Counted from the stretch's first letter, positions 22,040-33,388 are shown. The stretch: 64,000 bases of DNA from an uncultured Chloroflexia bacterium (GCA_963810095.1 CAWEMM010000001.1:96001-160000), one strand, 5' to 3'. Made by a program: numbers and translations. Notes: a model not told the origin generated them from the sequence alone.

Positions 22040-22867
22040 GTGAAGCGCGATACGAGTGACACCATCCGCCAAATTGCGGTCTGGGTAGCCTTCGTGGCTA
22101 CCATCATCGTCAACGGGATGGCCGGCAGCAGCGCTGCGCTCAACGGTCAAGTGACCGGGGACGTCGCGAACCGCTACATCGGCCGCAATCTCTGGCTGCC
22201 GGCCGGCTATGTCTTCGCCATCTGGGGCCTTATCTACGTCGGCCTCATCGCATACGCCATCTATCAGAGCCTTCCTTCGCAGCGCGCTAATCCGAGGCTG
22301 CGCGCAATCGGATGGGCCTTCGTGGTCTCGTGCCTGGCCAACATCGTATGGCTCTTCTTCTTTCAGTACTCGTCGAACCCCGATCCGAACGGCAGCCCGA
22401 ACACCCTGCTGTTGATCCTGTCCGTAGTTGCCATGCTGGTCCTCCTCGGGGCGCTGATCTGGATCTACCTCGCCCTGCGGGCCGGCAACCCGACGATCTC
22501 TCGCGGGGAACGCTGGGCGGTGCGCCTGCCCTTCAGCATCTACCTGGGCTGGATCACGGTCGCGACGATCGCCAACATCTCGCATGTACTGGTCGCCAGC
22601 GGCTGGACCGGGCAGCCCCTGCCATCCTTGCTGTGGCTGATCATCATGTACATCGCTGCGCTGGCCATCGCCGCGCTGGTTGCGTTTACGCAGCGCGATG
22701 TGGCCTACCTGCTGGTGCTGGCGTGGGCCTTCGCCGGCATCGCGGTCAATTACAGCAACCTGACCGCCGTCCTGATCAGTTCTGTGCTCGCGACGCTCGT
22801 GGTGCTCGTGCTAACCGTCCTGGTGGCCGCCCGCGGAGCGTGGCAGGGGAAGGCCTACGCGGCATGA
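22040..22867 (+). CDS. TspO/MBR-like tryptophan-rich membrane protein
   Basis: PAGYVFAIWGLIY and PFSIYLGWITVATIAN motifs. Confidence 0.75.
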   Translation: MKRDTSDTIRQIAVWVAFVATIIVNGMAGSSAALNGQVTGDVANRYIGRNLWLPAGYVFAIWGLIYVGLIAYAIYQSLPSQRANPRLRAIGWAFVVSCLANIVWLFFFQYSSNPDPNGSPNTLLLILSVVAMLVLLGALIWIYLALRAGNPTISRGERWAVRLPFSIYLGWITVATIANISHVLVASGWTGQPLPSLLWLIIMYIAALAIAALVAFTQRDVAYLLVLAWAFAGIAVNYSNLTAVLISSVLATLVVLVLTVLVAARGAWQGKAYAA

Positions 22868-22870
22868 TGC

Positions 22871-23820
22871 ATGGCTGAGGTCGTCAGCATCCTTCTGCCG
22901 ATCTTCGCCGTCATCGGGCTGGGCGCGGCGCTGCGCTACAGTGGCTTTGCGTCGCCCCAGCTCTTCCGCGAGACTAACCGGCTTGTCTACTGGGTAGCAC
23001 TGCCCGCGTATCTATTCTACAAAACGGCCGAGTCGCAGCTGCAGGGCGACGCGGCCGTCCGCGTATTCGCGGTGCTGACCGGCGCGATGGTGCTTTCGAT
23101 CGCGTTGGGCTACCTTGTCGCGCGGGTGCTGCGACTCACACCCCGCACGACCAGCGCGTTCGTGCAGGGCAGCTATCGCAGCAACCTGGCGTATGTGGGG
23201 CTTCCGATCGTGCTGCTGGCGGTGGCGGCGCACGGCGGCGACCAGCAGGCCGCGCTCCAGGCGCTGGGGGTCGTTTCGATCGCGCTGCTCACGCCCATTT
23301 ACAACTTCGTGGCCGTCTTCGTGTTGCTGGCCGGCCGGGAGGGCAGCCGGGAACAGTTGCCGCAGCGACTGCGCGAACTGGTCTACCGGCTGGTCACCAA
23401 CCCACTGATCCTGTCGTGTGGGGCCGGACTGCTGGTGATGGCGCTGGGCTGGCGTCTGCCACAGCCGCTGCGCGAGACGCTCAAAATCGTCGGCGACATG
23501 ACCACGCCTCTCGCCCTGCTGGGCATCGGCGGGGCGCTTTCCTTCACGACGCTCCGGCTCCATGCCGTCAATGCCTCGGCCGCCGCCGTCATCAAGACGG
23601 TTGCCGCGCCGCTGTTTGGCCTCGGCGATCGCCGATGGCATTGGGCCTGTCGCAGCCCGAGACGCGCATGGCCCTCATCTTCCTCGCCTGCCCCACGGCC
23701 GCCGCGTCCTACGTCATGGCACAGCAGCTTGGCTCGGACGACGGGCTGGCGGCAAACATCATCGTGGTGTCGACGCTGTTCGCGATGCCGGCACTGGCGG
23801 CAATCGTTGCGCTGACCTGA
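22871..23820 (+). CDS. AEC family transporter (frameshift ~23625)
   Basis: LPIFAVIGLG, SNLAYVGLP, NPLIL and PLALLGIG motifs. PTAAASYVMAQQ lies in the next frame. Confidence 0.87.
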
Positions 23821-23856
23821 CGACGGGCGCGCGGCGTGCTTCTGCCTGCCGTCCTG

Positions 23857-24598
23857 CTATCGCCGCCAGGCGATGTGTTCGCCCCCGTCCACCTCGATTA
23901 CGGTCCCCGTTATGTAGCTGGCCCGGACCAGGAACACGACGGCCTCGGCAACATCTTCCGGGCTGCCCCACCGGCCAAGCAGCGTGCGCGCCGCGCTCGC
24001 CTGCATCTGCTTCTCGGTGTAGCCAGGGGGCGGCAGGACCGGGCCAGGTGCAACCGCGTTGACGCGCACATGTGGGGCCAATTCCAAGCGCCAGGCTCTT
24101 GGTCAGGCTCACGATGCCCGCCTTGCCTGCCGAGTGCGCGATGTGATTTGGAAACGGCACGAAGGCGGACAGGTCGGTGATGTTGACGATCGCGCCGTCG
24201 CCATGGGCCGCGAGGTGCGGGGCGGCCGCGTGCGAGGTGAAGGCAACGCCCTTGAGGAGAATGGCCGTCACCTGGTCCCAGTCCGCCTCGTTGAGTTCAG
24301 CGAACTTCGTCCGCTTCCAAAGGGAGGCGCTGTTGACCAGGATGTCGAGCCGGCCGAGCGCCGAAACAGTCCCGTCGACCAGGGCGCGGCACTCTGCCAC
24401 CCGGCCCGCATCGGCCTGCTGCGCGTGCGCGCGGCGCCCGAGCGCTTCGATCTCGCGCTGCGTCTGCTCCGCCTCGGCCGTGGAGGCGTGGTAGCTGAAT
24501 GCGACGTCGGCGCCGGCCTGCGCGAGCGCTACGACGATCGCCTTGCCGACGCGCACCGCGCCGCCCGTCACCAAGGCGACTTTGCCGTGAAGGTCCAC
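23857..24598 (-). CDS. SDR oxidoreductase, pteridine reductase/FolM-like (frameshift ~24085)
   Basis: TGGAVRVG, LVNSAS, ELAPHVRVNAVAPG and YITG..VDGG motifs. Confidence 0.82.
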
Positions 24599-24603
24599 TT
24601 CGC

Positions 24604-24981
24604 CTACCTTTCGCGAATGATCGGAAGTCGCCGAATCCGTATCCGGTTCTGTTCGAAAACGACCAGGCTGCCATCGAGCAATGCACCGGTGATCGCCTCG
24701 AGATTGTTGACCAGGAGCGCGACCTGCTGGAGGGGGACTCGTTCTGCCGATCGCCGAAAAAGAATCACCGAGGGTATGCTCGCTGCACGACTTGCGAGCA
24801 GGGTGCCGAAGTCAGTATCCGCAGAAATCAGGGTCCGACCCTCGTCCGCGGCCAGCTCGAATATCGCCTCATCCGCTGCCCTTTGCATGCCGCGATCGCG
24901 CACGTGCACCGCGTCATGCCCTGCCTCGCCTAACGCTTGGGCCAGCACGGGCGAGAGTGCATTGTCGACGAGGAACTTCAT
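24604..24981 (-). CDS. DUF5615 PIN-like protein (putative toxin)
   Basis: [17 protein letters not shown] and LISADTDFG motifs. ATGA overlap with DUF433. Confidence 0.88.
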   Translation of the reverse strand: MKFLVDNALSPVLAQALGEAGHDAVHVRDRGMQRAADEAIFELAADEGRTLISADTDFGTLLASRAASIPSVILFRRSAERVPLQQVALLVNNLEAITGALLDGSLVVFEQNRIRIRRLPIIRER

Positions 24982-25208
24982 GCGGCTTTCAGCAGTGGAA
25001 TCTGCCTTTCCTGCAACGAGACTGCCGCGAACGCCAGCGCGTTGCGGATATCTTCCACCACCAGGTCGGGATAGGCGGCCAAAATCTCTTCCTCGCGCAA
25101 GCCGTCCGCTAACATTCCGATGACGGTGGCCACAGGTATGCGCAGGCCGCGAATACAAGGCACACCGCCCATCTGGTACGGATCAACCGTTATTCCCCTA
25201 ATCTCCAC
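24978..25208 (-). CDS. DUF433 protein (putative antitoxin)
   Basis: [26 protein letters not shown] motif. Confidence 0.9.
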   Translation of the reverse strand: MEIRGITVDPYQMGGVPCIRGLRIPVATVIGMLADGLREEEILAAYPDLVVEDIRNALAFAAVSLQERQIPLLKAA

Positions 25209-25348
25209 ATCTCACCTCCTGACCTATCGTACCAGCACGCATCGGCAGCGCGAGCAAGCCATGGTATACAGCGGGAAATCCGATCGCGCCAGATCGGAGC
25301 CCGGGCCACGGAGCCTGGCGCCTTTTTCAGTATTTTACACACAGTTAT

Positions 25349-25377
25349 TTGCATTTATTCACCCCCTATGATACACT
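25349..25377 (+). promoter_or_regulatory. Sigma70-type promoter of the suf operon
   Basis: TTGCAT-N17-TACACT with extended -10 TG, in an AT-rich patch. Confidence 0.65.
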
Positions 25378-25462
25378 ACCTACGTCTCAAAGAGGAGTAA
25401 CGAGCAGGTATTGGCGAGCAAGTGCGGGCGTCAAGTAGCGGACAGCGCAGGGGAAGTGCAGA

Positions 25463-26092
25463 ATGTTCCAGAAACAACTTACGGGCAGCCCGGCGGGCGA
25501 GGTGCTCACGCTGCTGCAGCGCAAGGGCATGGCCACCGTCAAGGAGCTTGAGGATGCGATGGACGTCACCGCAACTGCGGTGCGCCAGCAGCTTAACTTG
25601 CTCCTGGCTGAAGGTTTCATCGAGCAGCGCACGGAGAACATCGGGCGCGGGCGGCCGAAACACGTCTATTCGCTGACGGCCAAGGGCCGGGCGCTCTTCC
25701 CGCACCATTATGACGAATTCACCAACTCGCTGCTGCGGGAGATCCTCCTGGTGGAGGGGCCCGGCAAGGTTGAAGAGCTGCTGGGCCGGATGTCGCGACG
25801 TATGGCCGACCAATACAGCCAACAGATCGCCGCGCGGCTCCCTGAGGAGCGGGCGCAGGCGCTGACGGAGCTGCTGAATGCCAAGGGCATTATGGCCGAG
25901 GTCTACTTCGAGCCGGACGGCATCGTCTTTCGCGAGTACACCTGCCCCTACTATGAGCTGGCGCGCGAGCACCGGGCCATCTGTGACATGGAGCAGGACA
26001 TGATCGAGCAGGTGATGAACCAGCCGGTGGAGCTGGTCTCTTGCACGCTCGACGGGCACCACGGGTGCCAGTTCAAGATCGAATCCAAATAG
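25463..26092 (+). CDS. sufR: SufR-like winged-HTH regulator
   Basis: AVRQQL helix, GRGRP wing, C-terminal CP..C..C..C cysteines. First gene of the suf operon. Confidence 0.8.
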   Translation: MFQKQLTGSPAGEVLTLLQRKGMATVKELEDAMDVTATAVRQQLNLLLAEGFIEQRTENIGRGRPKHVYSLTAKGRALFPHHYDEFTNSLLREILLVEGPGKVEELLGRMSRRMADQYSQQIAARLPEERAQALTELLNAKGIMAEVYFEPDGIVFREYTCPYYELAREHRAICDMEQDMIEQVMNQPVELVSCTLDGHHGCQFKIESK

Positions 26093-26175
26093 CACGGTAC
26101 GGAGCACGCGCGGAAAGCCGCCGTCAGCCCCGACGCAAAGAAAGCTGATCCTACCCTATCGAGGAGCTGTAAGGC

Positions 26176-27009
26176 ATGTCTTCTGAGTTGGTCATCAAAG
26201 ATCTGTTTGTGAATGTCGACGGGAAGCCGATCCTGCAAGGCGTCAACCTGACGATCCGCCAGGGCGAAGTGCACGCGATCATGGGGCCCAACGGCTCGGG
26301 CAAGAGCACCCTGGCCTATACGATCGCCGGCCATCCCCACTACGAGGTTGTCTCGGGCGACATCCTGCTCGACGGGCAAAGCATCCTCGCAATGGAAGCG
26401 GACCAGCGCGCTAAGGCCGGCCTGTTCCTGGCGTTTCAGTACCCAACGGCTATTCCCGGCGTCAGCATGGCGAATTTCCTGCGCCAGGCAGTCAGCGCAG
26501 TGCGCGGGTACACGGAGAAGGCTAAGGCGCAAGTCAACGACGGCGGAAGCGCCAAGCCCATCGGCTCCGAGCTCATGCCTATGCGCGAGTTTCGCAAGGA
26601 ACTGACCTCGAAAATGGACCAGCTGCACATCGACCAGTCCTTCGCGCGGCGCTATTTGAACGACGGGTTCTCTGGCGGCGAGAAGAAGCGCGCTGAAATC
26701 CTGCAGATGGCCATGCTCGACCCGAAGATCGCGATCTTGGACGAGACGGACTCGGGCCTCGACATCGACGCGCTGCGCGTCGTGGCCGAGGGCGTCAACA
26801 GCCTCATCGGCCCGAAGCTTGGCGTCTTGTTGATCACCCACTACCAGCGGCTGCTCGACTACATCAAGCCGCAGTTCGTACACGTCTTCTACAACGGGCG
26901 CATCGTACGTTCGGGTGGGCCTGAGTTGGCGTTGGAGCTGGAAGAGCAGGGCTACCAGCAGATTCGGCAGGAGTTCGGTGAGCCGATGTATGGCGAGGAA
27001 ATCGCGTAA
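26176..27009 (+). CDS. sufC: Fe-S assembly ATPase SufC
   Basis: [32 protein letters not shown] and ITHYQRLL motifs. Confidence 0.97.
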   Translation: MSSELVIKDLFVNVDGKPILQGVNLTIRQGEVHAIMGPNGSGKSTLAYTIAGHPHYEVVSGDILLDGQSILAMEADQRAKAGLFLAFQYPTAIPGVSMANFLRQAVSAVRGYTEKAKAQVNDGGSAKPIGSELMPMREFRKELTSKMDQLHIDQSFARRYLNDGFSGGEKKRAEILQMAMLDPKIAILDETDSGLDIDALRVVAEGVNSLIGPKLGVLLITHYQRLLDYIKPQFVHVFYNGRIVRSGGPELALELEEQGYQQIRQEFGEPMYGEEIA

Positions 27010-27031
27010 AGGATAGAAGAGGAGCGACGCA

Positions 27032-28450
27032 ATGCCTGCGACCGAATCAGAGCAGAAAGAACTTACGGACCTGAAGTCCGATTATGCATATGGCTGGAGC
27101 CAGCCCGAGAATTACGCCTTCAAGGCGCGCAAGGGGCTGGATCACGAAATCGTGGAACAGATCAGCACGATGAAGCACGAGCCGGACTGGATGCGCAAGC
27201 TGCGGCACGACGCGCTCGACATCTTCCTGTCCAAGAGCATTCCAACGTGGGGTGCGGACCTGAGCGGGATCGACTACCAGGACATTTACTATTACATCAA
27301 GCCGACCGAGGCGCAGGGCAAGACTTGGGACGAGGTGCCGGCGGACATTAAAGAGACGTTCGACAAGCTGGGCATCCCCGAGGCCGAGCGCAAGTTCCTG
27401 GCCGGCGTGGGGGCGCAGTACGAGTCGGAGGCCATCTACCACTCGCTCAAGCAGGAGTGGGAGAAACTCGGCGTGATCTTCGTCGACTCGGACAGCGGCT
27501 TGCGCGAACACGAAGACATTTACAAAGAGTACTTCGGCACGGTCGTGCCGTCGACCGATAACGTGTTCGCGGCGCTTAACACCGCGTTCTGGTCGGGCGG
27601 CTCCTTCGTCTACGTGCCGAAGGGCGTGCACCTCGACATTCCGCTGCAGGCCTACTTCCGCATCAATGCGCAAAGCATGGGGCAGTTCGAGCGGACCCTG
27701 ATCATCGTCGATGAAGGCGCAACCGTCCACTACGTCGAAGGCTGCACTGCGCCAAGCTATTCGCAGGACTCGCTGCATTCGGGCGTCATCGAGATCATCG
27801 TGCGCAAGAACGCGCGCTGCCGCTATACCACCATCCAGAACTGGTCGACCAACGTATACAACCTGGTCACCCAGCGTTCGCTGGTTTCCGAGGGCGGCAT
27901 GATGGAATGGGTGGATGCGAACCTGGGGTCGAAGGTCACGATGAAGTACCCGTCGGTGTATATGATGGGGCCCGGCGCACGCGGCAACATCCTTTCGATG
28001 GCCTTTGCCGGTCCTGGTCAGCACCTGGATACGGGTGGCAAGCTCGTTCACGCAGCGCCGAACACCTCCAGCCAGCTGATCTCGAAGTCGATCAGCAAGG
28101 GCGGCGGCCGCGCCTCCTACCGGGGGTTGCTGAAGGTGGCCAAGGGCGCCAACGGGGCCAAATCAAACGTCGTCTGCGACGCGCTCCTGCTCGACGAGAA
28201 GAGCCGGTCGGACACATACCCGTACATCGAAATCGACGAGGAAGACGTGACGGTCGGGCACGAGGCGTCGGTCAGCAAGATCGGCGAGGAGCAGCTCTTC
28301 TACCTGATGAGCCGCGGCCTGAGCGAGGACGAGGCCAGCGCCATGATCGTCTCCGGCTTTATCGAGCCGATGGTCAAGGAACTGCCCATGGAATACGCCG
28401 TCGAAATGAACCGCCTGATCCAGCTCCAGATGGAAGGCTCGATCGGTTGA
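27032..28450 (+). CDS. sufB: Fe-S assembly scaffold SufB
   Basis: [23 protein letters not shown] and [11 protein letters not shown] motifs. Confidence 0.97.
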   Translation: MPATESEQKELTDLKSDYAYGWSQPENYAFKARKGLDHEIVEQISTMKHEPDWMRKLRHDALDIFLSKSIPTWGADLSGIDYQDIYYYIKPTEAQGKTWDEVPADIKETFDKLGIPEAERKFLAGVGAQYESEAIYHSLKQEWEKLGVIFVDSDSGLREHEDIYKEYFGTVVPSTDNVFAALNTAFWSGGSFVYVPKGVHLDIPLQAYFRINAQSMGQFERTLIIVDEGATVHYVEGCTAPSYSQDSLHSGVIEIIVRKNARCRYTTIQNWSTNVYNLVTQRSLVSEGGMMEWVDANLGSKVTMKYPSVYMMGPGARGNILSMAFAGPGQHLDTGGKLVHAAPNTSSQLISKSISKGGGRASYRGLLKVAKGANGAKSNVVCDALLLDEKSRSDTYPYIEIDEEDVTVGHEASVSKIGEEQLFYLMSRGLSEDEASAMIVSGFIEPMVKELPMEYAVEMNRLIQLQMEGSIG

Positions 28451-28467
28451 GGCCAGAGGATAGAGTC

Positions 28468-29793
28468 ATGACAGTTGAAGTTCAAGTTGCAGCCAACTAT
28501 TCCCAGGCCTCGGTCGAGGCGTTGTCGCTCAGCCGGCACGAGCCCGACTGGATGCTCGAACTGCGTCTGCGGGCGTGGCGCTTCTTCCAGGAGATCCCAT
28601 GGCCCACGGGCAGTGAGGAGACCTGGCGCCGCACCAAGCTGACCGGCTTCAAGCTCGAGGAATTCGTGCCGCTGGCCGGCGCAAGCGCACTGGCCGGAGC
28701 AGGCGCACCGGCCGCGCTGCCTGAGGAAGTCACCAAGGCCCTGACCGAGGTGGACAGCGTGGGCGAAATCGCATTCGTCGACGGCGCCCGTGCTCACTAC
28801 CGGCTCGATCCGGAACTGGCCGCGAAAGGCGTGGTGTTCACCGACCTTGCTACTGCCGTGCGTGACCATGCGGACCTGGTCCAGCGCGCCTTTGGCGCGG
28901 CTGTGGCCACCGACGAGAACAAATTCAGCGCACTGCATTACGCGCTGTGGAATTCTGGCACGTTCGTGTATGTGCCGCGCAACGTGGTCGTCGAGAAACC
29001 GCTGCAGGTGGTGATCGACCAGAGTGCGGGCAAGAAGGCAGGCTTCCATCACACGCTGGTGCTCACGGAGCAGGGCGCCGTGGTAACCCTCGCCGAGGAC
29101 TTCATCAACGCCGACGGCGGCATGCAGGACTCGGCCGTGGAGCTTCTTGCGGGCGCGAACAGCCAGCTGCACTACCTGCACCTGCAGAACCTGGCCGACA
29201 CGGCGTGGAACTTCACAACCCAACGGATGAAGCTGGGCCGCGACAGCCTCCTGCGCCACTTCATCGGGTCGTGGGGCAGCCGGCTGAGCAAGGCCTGGTT
29301 GAACATGGACCTCGACGGCCAGGGCAGCCATGGCGAGCTGCTGGGCCTGTATTTCCCCGGCGGCCGCCAGCACCTGGATCATCACACGAACCAGCTGCAC
29401 AAGGCGCCAAATGCGACGAGCGACCTGCTCTACAAGGGTGCGCTCAAGGACCGGGCGCGGTCGGTATACCAGGGCTACATTAAGGTGTACCCGCATGCGC
29501 AGAAGACCAACGCATACCAGGCCAACCGCAACCTGATGCTGAGTAAGACGGCGCGTGCCGACAGCATCCCGGGCCTTGAGATCGAGGCCGACGACGTGCG
29601 CTGCACCCACGGCGCGACCGCGGGCCAGGTGCCGGCAGAGTACGTGTTCTATCTCATGTCCCGCGGCGTCGACCGGACCAACGCGGAGCGCATGATCGTC
29701 CAGGGCTTCTTCGAGGAAGTCCTCAACCGCATTCCTGTCCCAGGCGTGCGTAACAAGCTCGAAACCGAGATCGCGCGGAAGTTGGGACTTTAA
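28468..29793 (+). CDS. sufD: Fe-S assembly protein SufD
   Basis: ETWRRT, PGLEIEADDVRCTHGAT and FYLMSRG motifs. ATG at 28468 follows GAGGA. Confidence 0.95.
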   Translation: MTVEVQVAANYSQASVEALSLSRHEPDWMLELRLRAWRFFQEIPWPTGSEETWRRTKLTGFKLEEFVPLAGASALAGAGAPAALPEEVTKALTEVDSVGEIAFVDGARAHYRLDPELAAKGVVFTDLATAVRDHADLVQRAFGAAVATDENKFSALHYALWNSGTFVYVPRNVVVEKPLQVVIDQSAGKKAGFHHTLVLTEQGAVVTLAEDFINADGGMQDSAVELLAGANSQLHYLHLQNLADTAWNFTTQRMKLGRDSLLRHFIGSWGSRLSKAWLNMDLDGQGSHGELLGLYFPGGRQHLDHHTNQLHKAPNATSDLLYKGALKDRARSVYQGYIKVYPHAQKTNAYQANRNLMLSKTARADSIPGLEIEADDVRCTHGATAGQVPAEYVFYLMSRGVDRTNAERMIVQGFFEEVLNRIPVPGVRNKLETEIARKLGL

Positions 29794-29879
29794 TGGGACG
29801 CGGATTGAACTGATTTGCAGGATCCCTTCTTGAGGCCAATCAGGTAGATCAGTCTGCTCAGTTCAATCTGTGTGCTATT
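29792..29879. repeat. Miniature palindromic element (family 2)
   Basis: AATGGGACGCGGATTGAACTGA...TCAGTTCAATCTGTGTGCTATT. Confidence 0.7.
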
Positions 29880-29897
29880 CAGTATCGGGAGGCGCAG

Positions 29898-30749
29898 ATG
29901 GACCAGGGGTATGTACATCCTGAGAAGTTGGTTTCGACGGAGTGGGTGGCAGAACACCTAGGCGACCCGGGCGTACGGATCGTGGAGTCGAACGAGGACA
30001 TCCTGCTTTACAGCCGGGGCCACGTTCCCGACGCCGTGCACATCGACTGGGTGGCCGACCTGAACGATCCGATCGAGCGCGACTACCTGAACAAGGAACA
30101 GTTCGAGCGCCTGATGTCGCGGAACGGCATCGACAACGACACGTTTGTGGTTTTCTACGGCGACAAGAATAACTGGTGGGCGTGTTACGCGCTCTGGATT
30201 TTCGAACTCTTCGGCCACACCAAGTCGGCGGTCATGGACGGCGGCCGGGTGAAGTGGGAGCAGGAGGGCCGGCCAATGAGCAAGGACGTGCCGCGCTGTG
30301 AGCCCACGGAGTACCACGCCCGCGAACGCGACGACAGCCGTATCCGGGCCTTCCGCGACGACGTCATGCAGCATGTGCAGGCGGGTCTGCCCCTGGTCGA
30401 CGTGCGCAGCCCGGGCGAGTACACCGGCAAGCTTTATCACATGGAAGGGTACCCGCAGGAAGGTGCGCTGCGCGCCGGCCACATCAAGGGCGCAGTTAAC
30501 GTGCCGTGGGCGAAAGCCGCCAATCCCGGCGATGGCACTTTCAAGAGCGCCGACGCGCTCCGTGCCATCTACGAGCAGGAACAGGGCTTGAAGCCTTCGG
30601 ACAACGTGGTCGCGTATTGTCGCATCGGCGAGCGATCGAGCCACACGTGGTTCGTGCTCAAATACCTGTTGGGCTACGAGAACGTGCGGAATTACGACGG
30701 CAGCTGGACCGAGTGGGGCAACCTGGTCGGCGCGCCCATCGAGCGATAA
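29898..30749 (+). CDS. Tandem-rhodanese sulfurtransferase (SseA/CysA-like)
   Basis: [15 protein letters not shown] and [10 protein letters not shown] motifs. Confidence 0.93.
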   Translation: MDQGYVHPEKLVSTEWVAEHLGDPGVRIVESNEDILLYSRGHVPDAVHIDWVADLNDPIERDYLNKEQFERLMSRNGIDNDTFVVFYGDKNNWWACYALWIFELFGHTKSAVMDGGRVKWEQEGRPMSKDVPRCEPTEYHARERDDSRIRAFRDDVMQHVQAGLPLVDVRSPGEYTGKLYHMEGYPQEGALRAGHIKGAVNVPWAKAANPGDGTFKSADALRAIYEQEQGLKPSDNVVAYCRIGERSSHTWFVLKYLLGYENVRNYDGSWTEWGNLVGAPIER

Positions 30750-30755
30750 ACGCTC

Positions 30756-30816
30756 AACACAAAGACACATAGGCACAACGCTGAATAGGTCCTTTGTGTC
30801 TCGGTGTCTTTGTGTT
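30756..30816. repeat. Miniature palindromic element (family 1)
   Basis: AACACAAAGACAC...GTGTCTTTGTGTT, same ends as the 49090 element. Confidence 0.78.
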
Positions 30817-30834
30817 AAAAAGAGGATTGCCGGC

Positions 30835-31236
30835 ATGGATCGACAACAGCAGATCGACTTCATCCTTGACCATTACGAGAACCCGCGGCATTACGGGGCG
30901 ATTGAGGACGCGACTGTGACGCAGAAGGGCGGGAACCCCGGCTGCGGCGATATCGTCACGTTCTATCTGAAATTGGGCGAGGATGGCCGCATCGAAGCCA
31001 TCTCGTTTGAGGGTGAAGGCTGCACGATCAGCCAGGCCGCCTCGTCGCTGGTGACGGAGATGTTCTTCGGCAAGACGCTCGAAGACGTGGAACAGACGTC
31101 GGGCGAGGCCATCCTGGACATGCTTGGCCGGGAGTTGGCCGCGACGCGGCTCAAGTGCGCGACCTTGGGGTTGAACACGACGAAAGAGGCGGTGCGCCAG
31201 GTGCGCCGCCACCGGAACAGGAGAAAGGGCAATGAG
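30835..31236 (+). CDS. sufU: SufU/IscU-type protein, copy 1 (3' end uncertain; reads on to 31431 as assembled)
   Basis: ILDHYENP, NPGCGD, GCTISQA and RLKCA motifs. Confidence 0.82.
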
Positions 31237-31440
31237 GTACTTGTTCACTGCTGTGGTCGAAAAGGATGCCGAGAAGATGTTCGTCGCCGATGTTCCCGGA
31301 GTTCCGGGGCCGTAAGCCAAGGCGAAACGATCGAAGAGGCGGTGACGAACCTGCGGGAAGCGACTGAGATGTCCTGGAGGACGGTAGCCCACATTGCCGA
31401 GTCCGCGGACTTGTCGGTTCACAACCTTTGAGGCAGTCTG
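31232..31440 (+). pseudogene. hicB: HicB-like antitoxin, frameshifted
   Basis: MRYLFTAVVEKD..FVADVP, then AVSQGETIEEAVTNLREA in another frame. GGAG upstream. Confidence 0.72.
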
Positions 31441-31445
31441 ATCAA

Positions 31446-31660
31446 ATGGGGAACTGTCCCCGTACTCGGGGCCCCAGGCGAGTTCCGGGCGCTTCAGAGC
31501 GACTTGGCTTCGAACGAGTCAGGCAGACGGGGTTCAGCCATGCAGTATGGCACCGGATGGCAGATGAACGGTAGATAGGTTCCACGGGGCCCGATACCCG
31601 CACGAGCTACGGCAGATTGGCAGGGATGTCGCAACATAGTGAGGCAGCTGCTGGAGCACA
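31446..31660 (+). pseudogene. hicA: HicA-like toxin remnant, multiple frameshifts
   Basis: Stitched fragments RALQ/RLGFERVRQTG/SHA/HPDGR match the HicA signature. Boundaries approximate. Confidence 0.55.
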
Positions 31661-31695
31661 GGTAGTATCCAGGCAGGACTTCAAGAGGTCAATTA

Positions 31696-32939
31696 TGATT
31701 CGCTACAACTTCATAGGTAGATTGGACGTCCAGCGCATTCGCGCCGACTTCCCCATTCTGAACCGGCAGGTCAAGGGCAAGCCGCTGGTTTACCTGGATA
31801 GCGCAGCTTCGTCACAGAAGCCGGTCCAGGTGCTCGACGCAATGGACCGTTATTACCGCGAGATACACGCAAACGTGCATCGCGGGGTCCATACGCTGAG
31901 CGAGGAAGCGACCGCGGCCTACGAGGGTGCCCGGGCGAAGGTTTCCAGCTTCATCGGCGCGTGCTGCCCGAAAGAGGTCATCTGGACGCGCAATGCGACC
32001 GAGGCGATCAACCTGGTGGCCTACAGCTGGGGGCGTGCCAACCTCAAGCACGGCGATCGCGTTCTGCTGACGGAGATGGAGCACCATGCGAACCTTGTGC
32101 CGTGGCAGATCATGGCGTCCGAAAAGGGCTTCGAGCTCGATTTCGTCCGGGTCGCGGATAACGGCCAGTTGATCCTGGACGACCTGCCCAAGCTGCTGAC
32201 GCCCAAGACCAAGCTGTTCGGGTTCACTGCCGCATCAAACGTGCTCGGTACGCTCAACCCCGTCAAAGAACTGACGCAGGCCGCGCACAAGGTAGGCGCG
32301 CTGGTGCTGCTCGACGCGTGCCAGGCCGTGCCACACATGCCGTTCGACGTGCAGGATCTGGACGTCGACTTTGCCGCGTTTTCGGGACACAAGATGCTCG
32401 GTCCGACCGGCTCCGGTGTGTTGTGGGGCCGCCGCGAGATCCTCAATGCCATGCCCCCGTTTATGGGCGGCGGCGACATGATCCGCGAGGTCAAGCTGCG
32501 CACGTCCAAGTGGAACGAGTTGCCTTGGAAGTTCGAGGCAGGTACGCCGGCCATCGCCGAGGCCGTGGGCCTGGGCGCGGCCGTCGACTACCTATCGGCG
32601 CTGGGTATGGACAATGTTTACGCGGCCGAGCATGCGCTGGTCACGTATGCCATGGAGCAGTTGCAGGATATCGAGGGGCTGAGGATGCTGGGGCCGCATG
32701 ACGGCCGCACCGGGCTGGTCAGCTTCGTCCTTGGCAACGTCCACCCGCACGACATCGCGGCCGCACTCGACAGTCTCGGCATTGCGGTGCGGGCGGGCCA
32801 TCACTGCGCGCAGCCGCTCCACGAGCGCTTCGGGGTGCCCGCTACCGCCCGCGCCAGCTTCTACATCTACAATACCCGCGAGGAAGTCGACGTTCTTGCG
32901 GCCGCCCTGCGCAAGGTTGCGGAATACTTTAGTTTTTAG
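31696..32939 (+). CDS. sufS: Cysteine desulfurase SufS (start uncertain)
   Basis: YLDSAASSQKP, EHHAN, SGHKM, FEAGTP and RAGHHCA motifs. Confidence 0.96.
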
Positions 32940-32947
32940 TAAGTTTC

Positions 32948-32984
32948 ATCTGCCTGCTCGCCGCTGAGCGGCGGGCAGGCAGAT
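32948..32984. other. Strong intercistronic hairpin between sufS and sufU
   Basis: ATCTGCCTGCTCGCCGCT-G-AGCGGCGGGCAGGCAGAT, with no U-tract on the + strand. Confidence 0.6.
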
Positions 32985-33003
32985 AACGAGGGAAGTTGCC
33001 AGC

Positions 33004-33384
33004 ATGGACTTATACGCAGAAGAGATCCTGGACCACTACAAGCACCCCCGACATTTTGGACACCTGGACGAGCCGACGCTGATCTACCACGACCGCAACC
33101 CGTTGTGCGGCGACGAGATTACGCTCGAACTGAAAATCGAAGACGGCAAAGTGGTCGACGTCGCATTCACCGGTCATGGTTGTGCCATCAGCCGGGCCGC
33201 CGCGTCGATGATGTCTGAAGAGATCGTCGGCAAATCGCTCGACGAACTCAAGCTCTATGATAAGGAAAGCATCATCGACCTGCTCGGCATCGAAGTTGGC
33301 CCGGTGCGCATCAAGTGCGCCCTGCTCCCGCTTAAGGCCATGAAAGCCGCGGTCTGGGGCCTGTCGGAGGAGGGGGAGGAGTAG
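33004..33384 (+). CDS. sufU: SufU/IscU-type protein, copy 2
   Basis: ILDHYKHP, NPLCGD, GCAISRA and RIKCALL motifs. Confidence 0.9.
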   Translation: MDLYAEEILDHYKHPRHFGHLDEPTLIYHDRNPLCGDEITLELKIEDGKVVDVAFTGHGCAISRAAASMMSEEIVGKSLDELKLYDKESIIDLLGIEVGPVRIKCALLPLKAMKAAVWGLSEEGEE

Positions 33385-33388
33385 CGCA

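Noticed and set aside
27907-28467. 187-aa N-terminal extension of SufD
   Set aside because: It overlaps sufB in another frame. A good ribosome site and ATG sit at 28468.
30796-31431. Apparent SufU-HicB fusion ORF
   Set aside because: HicB has its own ribosome site and ATG at 31232 in another frame. The join lies in an indel-rich stretch.
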